Source: an uncultured Gammaproteobacteria bacterium (GTDB lineage: Bacteria > Pseudomonadota > Gammaproteobacteria > Xanthomonadales > SZUA-36). Taken from it: a stretch of 64,000 nt of DNA. The stretch lies in assembly GCA_963759155.1 (NCBI GenBank), contig CAVWXX010000027.1:136144-200143 (forward strand). The letters run 5' to 3'. Below the pieces are notes generated by a model that was given only the letters and a program-made list of their open reading frames with translations, was not told the DNA's origin and did no database searches. This document shows, piece by piece, positions 26,543-34,970 of this stretch. A program made the position numbers and the translations under genes. The first letter of the stretch is position 1. Each line of letters begins with the position of its first letter.

Positions 26543-26824
26543 TCAAGCTTCTTTGGCCGCAATGAGTTCATCAATCCGGGCACACAGTTTGCTCAGGATA
26601 AAGTACTCATCGACGTCTGCTTTGTTCTCGTTCAGCTCTTCAGTCCATTTTTCCAGCGGAATCTTGATGCCGAAGTTTTTGTCGATGGCGAAAGCAATAT
26701 CCAGAAAGTCCAGGCTGTCTATACCGAGATCGGTGAAAGCATTCTTTTCAGGTGTGATTTCTTCCAGTGGGATGTCGCTGGTTTCAGAGATGATCTCAGC
26801 TACTGCTTCAAATGTTGTCGCCAT
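26543..26824 (-). CDS. acpXL: acyl carrier protein, long AcpXL-like form
   Basis: 93 aa counted from ATG 26824. Phosphopantetheine site [24 protein letters not shown], and a C-terminal extension beyond AcpP length, as in rhizobial AcpXL. Confidence 0.75.
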   Translation of the reverse strand: MATTFEAVAEIISETSDIPLEEITPEKNAFTDLGIDSLDFLDIAFAIDKNFGIKIPLEKWTEELNENKADVDEYFILSKLCARIDELIAAKEA

Positions 26825-27033
26825 TTTAGTTACCTGTTTCAGTGTTAATTTATCGGGTGCCATCATTACGTGGCGTCATGAACCGCATCAACGGTACAAT
26901 CGTGTTACGTATATGGCGATTGGTTGTCAGATTTTAAACCTTAAGTGCTGTATTGTATTGTCTAAATAGGACAACGGCTATACATTTACCAGAGGAATTC
27001 TGGTTGAATTTTGAATGAGTTCGGGAGACTTCC

Positions 27034-27490
27034 ATGACAGGTATCGATATTGAGTCCGGTTTAGCGGCATTCTTTGAGCAGGATCACCGTGATTGTGATG
27101 CACGCTGGGCGGATGTTGAAGAGCTTCTGGACACCCAGGATGTCGAGGCCGCACGTTCGGCCTGGGAGAAATTCGACAAAGGAATGCGCCGGCATATCGC
27201 CATGGAAGAAGAAGTCATGTTTCCTGCGTTTGAAGCCGCTGCCCAGATGGGTGGAGGCGGTCCGACCTCCGTGATGCGGATGGAACACAAGCAAATGATC
27301 GGGCTTCTCGACCAGATTGAAGGTGCGATGGAGTCCGGTGACGCTGAACAGGCCCTGGATTTGGGCGATACCCTGCTGATGTTGAGTCCAACAGCACAAC
27401 ATCAAGGAAGAGGGCATGCTCTACCCGATGGCGGAAAATGTACTGGCCGAAAACTGGGCCAAGCTTGCCAAGCTACTCGAAGAGTACTGA
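27034..27490 (+). pseudogene. hemerythrin (HHE cation-binding) domain protein, disrupted by a +1-nt frameshift near 27385
   Basis: Frame 1 encodes hemerythrin motifs (DHRDCD, HIAMEEEVMFP, MEHKQM) up to ...LLML. The conserved C-terminus VQQHNIKEEGMLYPMAENVL...LLEEY* continues in the adjacent frame and stops at 27488-27490. Confidence 0.7.
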
Positions 27491-27605
27491 TTTATTGATT
27501 TGACTCAAGGTTGTTTGAGCTGCCTTACCACGATATTTCCCGTGCCCAGACCAGCCTACTGAGTAATTTTGGAGACTTGCTTACTGATATCTGCACGGAT
27601 GGGGC

Positions 27606-27711
27606 GCTGGGGTGTGTATGGTCTTACCTGGACACGGCACAAGTACGTCCCTGTAGCCTCTTTCTCGACTCCTGTCTCGCAAGGTCCAGGTAAGACCATA
27701 CACACCCCAGC
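27606..27711. repeat. perfect 28-bp inverted repeat with a 50-nt spacer
   Basis: GCTGGGGTGTGTATGGTCTTACCTGGAC (27606-27633) is the exact reverse complement of 27684-27711. Confidence 0.9.
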
Positions 27712-27950
27712 TCAACATCAAACGACGTGCATCTTTCAGAGGTTACTAACCCAAATATTCGCAAAGATCGTGGTTGATCAAACTCAGAATTTGGCGTCAC
27801 CAACCTATAAGAAACCATTGACCCTCGCATTGGTGCAAAGCTGAGGAGGTGTGGTACCTTACTGTCAGGACCGTACGAGCGACAGGGATGTCGCGATAGA
27901 GCGCTACATGGATGTGCTAGTGAGCGATGTCCCGGCATAAGCTACCACAT

Positions 27951-28120
27951 AGCCTTAGCTTCCCCAATGATCAATGGTTTTCAACCTGTGAGTGTAGGCC
28001 CTGATATCAGCTACTGCATGGCCTAAGCTTCCCCAATGCTCAATGGATTTAATCCTGTGAGTCGTGAGGTAGACACAACACAGCCCAGGCTTCCCCAATG
28101 ATCAATGGCTTTTGGATGCC
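27951..28120. repeat. three direct repeats of about 40 nt (core GCTTCCCCAATGMTCAATGG)
   Basis: The core starts at 27958, 28027 and 28089, giving spacings of 69 and 62 nt. Copies 1 and 2 also share the downstream CCTGTGAGT. Each core contains the imperfect palindrome CCAATGATCAATGG. Confidence 0.8.
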
Positions 28121-28181
28121 TCGTTGGTATCTTATTCACAAATAGTTTGAACACTCGGACGCAATTGATACACAATCAACT

Positions 28182-29696
28182 ATGAAAAAATCAATCAAAC
28201 TCAATTTCCCACGTATTGTCCTTCTCACTTTGCTAACCAGCATTGCACCAATAGCCAGCGCCTTTGATGCCGATCATCTGTCAGCCTTTACCGAAAGAGG
28301 CATGGAGCTATGGCACGTGCCGGGCATGTCAGTCGCCGTGATGAGTAAAGATGAGGTCGTTTTTCAGAAGGGTTTTGGTAAAACCGCGATAGAAAATGGG
28401 ACTGAGGTGGATGAGCACACTTTGTTTGCGATTGCATCGACTACCAAGGCAATGGTCGTAGCGGGTCTCCTGATGCTTGCTGACGAAGAAAAACTGTCAC
28501 TGGATGATCCGATCATCAAATATGTGCCTGAGTTGCACTTTGAAAACCCCATGCTTACGCAAAACTTGATGGTTCGTGATTTACTCGCGCATCGCACCGG
28601 TTTGCCATCCACCGACTACTGGTCATTTTTGCAAAATATGCCTTTGAATGAGCAGATTACACGCTTACGCAATGTGCCAAACCAGGCACCGGTGCGTACC
28701 CGTCTGATCTATCAAAATACGATGTTCGAAATAGCCGGCCTGTTGATCGAGCGACTGAGTGGTCAACGCTGGCATGATTTTCTGACAGAGCGTCTGTGGC
28801 ACCCCATTGGTATGCAGGAAACTTATGGTGAACGAGCACAGATCGGTGATGAACAAAGTCATGTTATGCCTTATCAGTACCATGAAGACCAGCTTGTTCT
28901 TGCGGACTGGGACTTTCCAGCCGATTTTGCCGATGCTGCGGGTTCAGTATGGTCTTCCATTCACGATATGAGTCTGTGGGCACAGTTTCTGTTACGTGAC
29001 GGTGTTACCAGCAGCGGTGACCGTTTGATTTCGGAGACGGCTATGCAGCAGATGTTTGAGCCACAGCAGCTTGCCAGTTCATCTGATTTTTACCCGACCG
29101 TTGAGCTCACCAGGCCCAACTGGCGCAGTTACGGCCTGGCCTGGTTTCAACAGGATTTTCAGGGCAGAAAAATTGATTTCCACACTGGCAGCCTTTCCGG
29201 TCTGATTGCCATTATCGGGCTGGACCGCGCCAACGACAAAGCGGTGGTGGTGCTGGGTAACCGTGATCATGCCGAGATGCGTCATGCGCTGATGTGGAAT
29301 GTGATGGACAATTCCACGGGTGATGATCGACGCGATTGGAACCAGGAGGTTTTTGACCTGTACGCAGGGCAAGCGGAGGAGCGCAAAGAGCATTGGAATG
29401 AAACCCGCAAGAAACGGCTTAAAAATACAAAGCCAAGCTTACCGAAGGCTTCCTATGCAGGAACTTACACTCATCCGTCTTTCGGTGAAATCCAGATCGA
29501 AAAGTCCGGTTCGGACATGGCCCTCAAGACCACGCTAATCGATTTCGAGATGAGCCACTGGCACCTCGATACCTACCTTGTGGAATACAAAACCTGGGAG
29601 ATGCATGAATTTGCGACTTTTAACATCAACCCTGAAGGTAACATCACCTCGGTTGATGTCATCGGTCACACGTTTGAGCGTGTGCCTGCGGAGTAA
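28182..29696 (+). CDS. serine hydrolase, beta-lactamase/PBP family
   Basis: 504 aa. Signal peptide (LLTLLTSIAPIASA) and SxxK motif IASTTKAM. Confidence 0.85.
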   Translation: MKKSIKLNFPRIVLLTLLTSIAPIASAFDADHLSAFTERGMELWHVPGMSVAVMSKDEVVFQKGFGKTAIENGTEVDEHTLFAIASTTKAMVVAGLLMLADEEKLSLDDPIIKYVPELHFENPMLTQNLMVRDLLAHRTGLPSTDYWSFLQNMPLNEQITRLRNVPNQAPVRTRLIYQNTMFEIAGLLIERLSGQRWHDFLTERLWHPIGMQETYGERAQIGDEQSHVMPYQYHEDQLVLADWDFPADFADAAGSVWSSIHDMSLWAQFLLRDGVTSSGDRLISETAMQQMFEPQQLASSSDFYPTVELTRPNWRSYGLAWFQQDFQGRKIDFHTGSLSGLIAIIGLDRANDKAVVVLGNRDHAEMRHALMWNVMDNSTGDDRRDWNQEVFDLYAGQAEERKEHWNETRKKRLKNTKPSLPKASYAGTYTHPSFGEIQIEKSGSDMALKTTLIDFEMSHWHLDTYLVEYKTWEMHEFATFNINPEGNITSVDVIGHTFERVPAE

Positions 29697-29733
29697 GTTT
29701 CCCCTGGTGTAAACCGATTAAAAGGTTTTTGGT

Positions 29734-30978
29734 TCAGGTGATCGCCGAACCTACTGGTGTGTGACCGGCAGCTTGTTTTCCGACGCAGGGAACTGCCTCA
29801 GGCCATACCCCTGGCAGGTCGTTTTTCAGGTCCTCGATATCTTCGAGTCCAACCGCTATGCGAACCAGTCCATCGACAATGCCGGACTGCTCGCGTTGTT
29901 CGACTGTCAGCCGGTTGTGGGTGGTGCTGGCCGGATGCGTAATGGTTGACTTGGTATCACCAAGGTTGGCAGTGATTGAAATCAGACGGGTGGCATCAAT
30001 CAACTTCCAGCCGGCTTCTTTACCACCCTCGAGTTCGAACGACAAAAGACCGCCAAAGCCTGATTGTTGCCGCTTAGCCAGCGCGTGTTGCGCATGGCTT
30101 TCCAAACCGGGGTAAAAAACCCGTTTTACCTTTGCCTGTTGCTCAAGCCATTGCGCCAGCTTCAAGGCATTTGAGCTATGCGCTTTCATACGCAAGCTCA
30201 GAGTTTCAAGGCCTTTCAAAAACACCCAGGCATTAAAAGGGCTCATTGACGGCCCGGCTGTTCTCAGGAAGCCAAAGACCTTTTCACCGACCAGGTCTTT
30301 CGGGCCGACAACCGCACCGCCCACACAACGGCCCTGACCATCGAGAAACTTGGTAGCCGAATGAATGACGATGTCGGCACCGAGACTGATGGGTTGTTGC
30401 AGGGCAGGGGTGCAAAAGCAGTTGTCCACCACCAAAAGTATATCGTTTTGATGGGCGAGTTCTGAAAGTTGCCTGATGTCCGCCAGTTCGGTTAGCGGGT
30501 TAGATGGTGTTTCCATAAACATCAGGCGGGTCTCTGGCCTTATCGCACCCGCCCAGTCATCGATGTTTGCCAGGTCGACAAAACTGGTTTCAATGCCCAG
30601 CTTGGCGAGGAAGTTGGTAAATAGCATCGTGGTTGAGCCAAAAATGCTGCGTGATGAAACGATGTGGTCACCGCTTTTGAGAAGTGCCAGGCAGGTCGAG
30701 AGGATGGCTGACATGCCGGAAGCCGTGGCCACGCAGGCTTCGGCTCCTTCCATGGCCGCCAGGCGCTGCTCAAAGGTTCTCACGGTAGGATTGGTAAATC
30801 TGGAATAGATATTACCCGGTTGTTCATCAGAAAAGCGCGCTGCAGCCTCGGCTGCAGAGGCGAATACATAGCTTGAAGTCGTAAATACCGGCTCGGAATG
30901 CTCACCTTCCGGCGTCCGGGTCTGCCCGGCCCTCACCGCCAGTGTGTCAAATTGATATTCATCCTCAAAATTCGGCAT
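29734..30978 (-). CDS. metZ: O-succinylhomoserine sulfhydrylase / Cys-Met metabolism PLP enzyme
   Basis: 414 aa. PLP-lysine motif HSATKFLDGQGR and C-terminal RIAVGLEDIEDL. Confidence 0.8.
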   Translation of the reverse strand: MPNFEDEYQFDTLAVRAGQTRTPEGEHSEPVFTTSSYVFASAAEAAARFSDEQPGNIYSRFTNPTVRTFEQRLAAMEGAEACVATASGMSAILSTCLALLKSGDHIVSSRSIFGSTTMLFTNFLAKLGIETSFVDLANIDDWAGAIRPETRLMFMETPSNPLTELADIRQLSELAHQNDILLVVDNCFCTPALQQPISLGADIVIHSATKFLDGQGRCVGGAVVGPKDLVGEKVFGFLRTAGPSMSPFNAWVFLKGLETLSLRMKAHSSNALKLAQWLEQQAKVKRVFYPGLESHAQHALAKRQQSGFGGLLSFELEGGKEAGWKLIDATRLISITANLGDTKSTITHPASTTHNRLTVEQREQSGIVDGLVRIAVGLEDIEDLKNDLPGVWPEAVPCVGKQAAGHTPVGSAIT

Positions 30979-31082
30979 AGGGGAAATTCCATTCGGTTGG
31001 TGGCGGGTTTAGCTGTCCAATAAAGCACGCTCAACTTACAATATGCATTAATTATTTACTTGAAAGCAAGGAATACAAGTCA

Positions 31083-31361
31083 ATGAAAATTGTCGCTGAC
31101 ATGAGCCTGTACCCACTGAAAGACGGGCCGATTCCAAACATCATTGAATTTATCAAAGAGTTGCAAATTCAGGATGGTATCGAAATTGTCACCAATCAGC
31201 TTGGCACGCAGTTAAGTGGCGAGTTTGAAGCTGTTACGGGCGCTATCAATCAATGTATGCGTAAGGCTATGGCGGCGCCCAATACGGTAGTGCTGGTGGT
31301 GAAATACCTGAATATTGACGTCGAACTCAACAGGAAACCCAGCCTGACACCGCCGGTTTAG
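31083..31361 (+). CDS. MTH1187/YkoF-family small protein (thiamine-binding-like)
   Basis: 92 aa. The pattern MKIVADMSLYPL...I..FI matches this family. Confidence 0.6.
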   Translation: MKIVADMSLYPLKDGPIPNIIEFIKELQIQDGIEIVTNQLGTQLSGEFEAVTGAINQCMRKAMAAPNTVVLVVKYLNIDVELNRKPSLTPPV

Positions 31362-31416
31362 ATTTGAAGGATGAGGACCGGTAATGGATGGGGGTTGATT
31401 AAGACCGGTTCTGTCT

Positions 31417-32049
31417 TCAGGAAACTATCCCATGCTTGACCGCATATTGGATTAATTCTGAATTGGATTTGACATCAAGGGTTTCCATGATCTGGTACTT
31501 ATGGAAAGCGACGGTCCTTGGCGTGATGTTCAATATTGCAGCGACCTGTTTCATCGTATTGCCCTCTGCAAGTAACTGCAGAACCTCGCGCTGGCGAATG
31601 GAAAGGTCACCGTGCACTTTATGAGTGCCCGGGTTTTTGATTTGCGCATCAGCCATGCTCTCGGCGAGTTTGGGCGAAACGTAAACCTTTGAATTAAGCA
31701 CAGCGTCGATGGCCTGAAATAACTCGGATGAGGCTGAACTCTTTAGCAGATACCCACTTGCCCCGATTCGTAAAGCCTCAGTCACCATGTCTGCATCTTC
31801 ATTGACGGTTAAAAAAACGAGCTTGGTGTCAGGCAGGATTTTTTTCAGTTTTTCGCCTGCGTCAAACCCGTTCAGGTTTGGCATGGCAATATCCATCAAG
31901 ACCAGGTCGGGAGCCAGTTTTGTGACCATTTTCAGCATCATGCGACCATCTGTCGCGGTTCCGACAATATCGTATTTTGTCTCAAGCAACTTACTGAATG
32001 CGTCCAGTAGAAGCGAGTGATCATCTGCTAAAAAAATGCGTGCACGCAT
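31417..32049 (-). CDS. response regulator transcription factor, NarL/LuxR type
   Basis: Receiver domain (DLVLMDIAMPNLNG) plus a LuxR-type HTH (LSIRQREVLQLLAEGNTMKQVAAILNITPRTV). Confidence 0.9.
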   Translation of the reverse strand: MRARIFLADDHSLLLDAFSKLLETKYDIVGTATDGRMMLKMVTKLAPDLVLMDIAMPNLNGFDAGEKLKKILPDTKLVFLTVNEDADMVTEALRIGASGYLLKSSASSELFQAIDAVLNSKVYVSPKLAESMADAQIKNPGTHKVHGDLSIRQREVLQLLAEGNTMKQVAAILNITPRTVAFHKYQIMETLDVKSNSELIQYAVKHGIVS

Positions 32050-32212
32050 TATTAAATATCCATGTTATTTCATCGCAATTGATACTATGCCATTTTGGGC
32101 CACTGACTGCACTACCCAAAACCGGGTATCGGATTAACTTTGACTCTGTTAAATAGTGAGTGCAACGATTATAGTCTGTATCTGTTCCCCGAAAGACAGC
32201 ATTTAAACCAGG

Positions 32213-32965
32213 ATGAATCTCGTGTCACAGTCTTCTGAAAAGCCAGAAACCGGATTAGGCCATATTCTTGTTGCCGAAGACGACGTGGTTGCCCAAATGG
32301 TCGTAAAGAAAATCGTTGAGCAGGCAGGTTATACGATGGACCTGGTTGGCGATGGTCAAGAGGCCGTCAAGGCACTCGAATCCGGGGATTATGATCTTGT
32401 ATTGATGGATTGTCTGATGCCCAGGATGAGCGGATTTGAAGCGAGTCAGATAATTCGCAATGCCGAATCCTCCGAGATCAATTCCAAGATTCCCATCATT
32501 GCGATGACGGGTTTGACGGAAGAGGAAGACCAGCAGCGCTGCATTGATGCCGGGATGTTTGAGGTGGTCAGTAAGCCATTTGGTCCAGAGGCACTGATTC
32601 CAGTGATCAGGCACTGCATGTCAAAAAATGAGGGAACAGATCTCGCATCAGAGCAGGCTGAAGTGGAAGAAAGTCAAACCTGGGACGATGGGTTTATCGA
32701 CAATGTCATTGATGAGTACCTGTCTGAAGTGCCACGTGTTATCGGTGACCTCCAACAAGCTATCGATGAAGCTGATGCAGACAAACTACGCCAGGTTGCC
32801 CATCGCTTTCGGGGGGCAACGGATTTCCTCAACGTTTCCGGGCTTTCCGCGCGTTCACGAGCCCTGGAGCACGCCGCTAGAGCAGGGGAAACCGAGCTGG
32901 CAATCACACACGCAACAGATTTAATAGAAGCCTTGCAAAAACTGTTGAATATGCTCACTGAGTAG
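32213..32965 (+). CDS. response regulator receiver domain fused to an Hpt phosphotransfer domain
   Basis: Receiver domain (ILVAEDD..., DLVLMDCLMPRMSG...KP), and a C-terminal Hpt motif AHRFRGATDFL. Confidence 0.8.
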   Translation: MNLVSQSSEKPETGLGHILVAEDDVVAQMVVKKIVEQAGYTMDLVGDGQEAVKALESGDYDLVLMDCLMPRMSGFEASQIIRNAESSEINSKIPIIAMTGLTEEEDQQRCIDAGMFEVVSKPFGPEALIPVIRHCMSKNEGTDLASEQAEVEESQTWDDGFIDNVIDEYLSEVPRVIGDLQQAIDEADADKLRQVAHRFRGATDFLNVSGLSARSRALEHAARAGETELAITHATDLIEALQKLLNMLTE

Positions 32966-32991
32966 AAAACTGATCTACCGGAATGTAAGCG

Positions 32992-33675
32992 CTATTGAAG
33001 TCCATTTTTTCGACTGACATAACGTTGTACGAATTTGACCAGAAGCTTTGCCAACAAGGGAAACGATGCCAGCAGGCATAAGGCGAGTATCAGGTCAGGT
33101 GAAAAAACCTCGGCGAAACTGAAGCTTTCGATATCACCCAGTTCATCACCCGTATAAGTGAGTATCAGCAATACCGGCATCATTCCGCAAAATGTCGCCA
33201 GCATGAAAACCGGAACCCGCATTGAAGTCAAACCCATGACGAGGTTCAGTAACCAGAACGGGATCACCGGAATCATTCTCAGGCCGAACAGATAAAAAGC
33301 GCCTTCTTTTTCAATACCCTTGTTAACCATTTCGATCTGACCTGTGAATCTTCTTTTGACCAGGTCGTAGAAAAGGAAGCGGGTGCTATAAAGCGCAACG
33401 GTTCCACCCAGCGTGGTGGCGGCGAGTGACAATGAAAATCCCGTCAGGGTGCCAAAGACGATACCACCGGCCAGGGTCAGAATTGCGGTAGCGGGTAACG
33501 AGCAACTGGTAGCGATAAAAAAAACGGTAAAAAAGACGGCAGCAGTTGCAACGGGTGAGCGTTCAAACAGCCCCTGGTACAGGTCGATACTGAAGTACTT
33601 TTCACCACCGCCAACAAAGTAGAGGATGATAATGGTGGCGATAAACAGCGCCAGGGCCAGCTTTTTTAGCGGCAT
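32992..33675 (-). CDS. TVP38/TMEM64 (DedA-related) family membrane protein
   Basis: 227 aa, multi-TM, with the family-typical G..FG.. and PVIPF segments. Confidence 0.7.
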   Translation of the reverse strand: MPLKKLALALFIATIIILYFVGGGEKYFSIDLYQGLFERSPVATAAVFFTVFFIATSCSLPATAILTLAGGIVFGTLTGFSLSLAATTLGGTVALYSTRFLFYDLVKRRFTGQIEMVNKGIEKEGAFYLFGLRMIPVIPFWLLNLVMGLTSMRVPVFMLATFCGMMPVLLILTYTGDELGDIESFSFAEVFSPDLILALCLLASFPLLAKLLVKFVQRYVSRKNGLQ

Positions 33676-33885
33676 ACTGATGTCTTATACATCCTTTTCT
33701 GTGTACGGGTGAACATCCCGTTGATAGAGGGAGCCAGTAGTATAGAAAGTATAAAAGGTCTTTGCCATGAAATCTGTACAACACGTTTGAATCATAAAAG
33801 GCTGCTTCTTGCACAAAATTGGACTCCCATTGTGGGTATGTTTCCAACATAATGTGTGCTGTCTTCAACCGGGAAAAATGATTAC

Positions 33886-34935
33886 ATGTCTAAGGTGTGG
33901 AGTTGTAATGAATGGGACCCATTGGAAGAGGTGATTGTTGGCAATCCGCTAAAGGCGCGGTTTCCCACAGCTGATTTAAGTACGCGGTTGGCGGAGTTCC
34001 CGGATCGCTCGCTGGCGGATATACCCCGGGGTCCATTTCCACAACAAATCATTGAGGAGACCGAAGAGGACCTGAATGCATTCGTTGAGGTTCTGCAGGC
34101 GCAGGGCGTCACGGTCAAACGTCCGGATACGTGGCCCCATGACAGGAAGTTTTCTACCATTCATTGGGAGTCTGAAGGCTACTACAACTACTGCCCCCGT
34201 GATGTCATGCTGGTCATCGGTGACACGATCATCGAAACACCCAACGTCATCCGTAGCCGTTACCAGGAAACCTTCAGCTATCGTTCATTGCTGATGGAGT
34301 ATTTGAAGTCGGGTGCAAAATGGTACAGCGCGCCAAAACCGATGCTGCTCGACTCGTTATTCGATGTTGATCTGGGCAAACCCACACCGCGTAATGATGA
34401 ACCGGCTTTTGATGCAGCGAATGTTCTGCGTCTTGGCCGGGACCTGATCTACCTGGTCAGTGCGACCGGTAATGAACTGGGCGGGCAATGGTTACAGACG
34501 ATGCTGGGTGATCAATTCCGGGTTCACTTTCTCAAAGATGTCTACTATGGCAGCCATATTGACTCAACATTCGTTGCCTTGCGGCCTGGATTGATACTCT
34601 GTAGCCCGGGTCGCGTTAACGACGATACCCTGCCGGAAGTTCTCAAGCAGTGGGAAGTGATTTACAGTCCGCCGATGGAGAATACAGGTGGATTCGATGC
34701 GGACTATCTTTCCAGGAGCATCGGCAGCAAGTGGATTGATATGAACCTGTTCAGTATTAATCCGAACCTGGTGGTGGTCGACCGCGATCAGACAGCGCTC
34801 ATTAAACTACTTGAGAAGCACGGTCTTGATGTGATTCCTTTGAAATTACGACATTCCAAAATGCTGGGTGGCGGTTATCATTGTGTAACGCTGGATACAC
34901 GACGAAAAGGAACGATGCAACGCTATTTCGATTGA
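33886..34935 (+). CDS. amidinotransferase (glycine/inosamine-phosphate amidinotransferase family)
   Basis: 349 aa counted from ATG 33886. N-terminal NEWDPLEEVIVG, the catalytic His context GSHIDSTF, and the catalytic Cys context GGGYHCVTLDTRR are all present. Confidence 0.85.
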   Translation: MSKVWSCNEWDPLEEVIVGNPLKARFPTADLSTRLAEFPDRSLADIPRGPFPQQIIEETEEDLNAFVEVLQAQGVTVKRPDTWPHDRKFSTIHWESEGYYNYCPRDVMLVIGDTIIETPNVIRSRYQETFSYRSLLMEYLKSGAKWYSAPKPMLLDSLFDVDLGKPTPRNDEPAFDAANVLRLGRDLIYLVSATGNELGGQWLQTMLGDQFRVHFLKDVYYGSHIDSTFVALRPGLILCSPGRVNDDTLPEVLKQWEVIYSPPMENTGGFDADYLSRSIGSKWIDMNLFSINPNLVVVDRDQTALIKLLEKHGLDVIPLKLRHSKMLGGGYHCVTLDTRRKGTMQRYFD

Positions 34936-34970
34936 ATGCTTTGCTCTAAATTGACGATCACATGAGCTGA

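Noticed and set aside
27511-27938. Three overlapping 60-104-aa ORFs in the 27.5-28.2 kb intergenic region
   Set aside because: They are produced by the inverted repeat; both strands translate the arms to LGCVWSYLD. They have no Shine-Dalgarno sequences and an unnatural composition, so I treat the region as non-coding.
27951-28120. Possible mini-CRISPR array
   Set aside because: There are only three copies, and the repeat ends are strongly degenerate. The spacers are short and unequal (about 23-29 nt), and there are no cas genes or leader in the window. A regulatory or relic repeat is more likely.
31020-31082. Possible TPP or SAM riboswitch upstream of the YkoF-like gene or metZ
   Set aside because: The roughly 100-nt divergent spacer lacks the conserved TPP (CUGAGA...ACCUGA) and SAM-I core motifs, and it is too short for either aptamer plus an expression platform.
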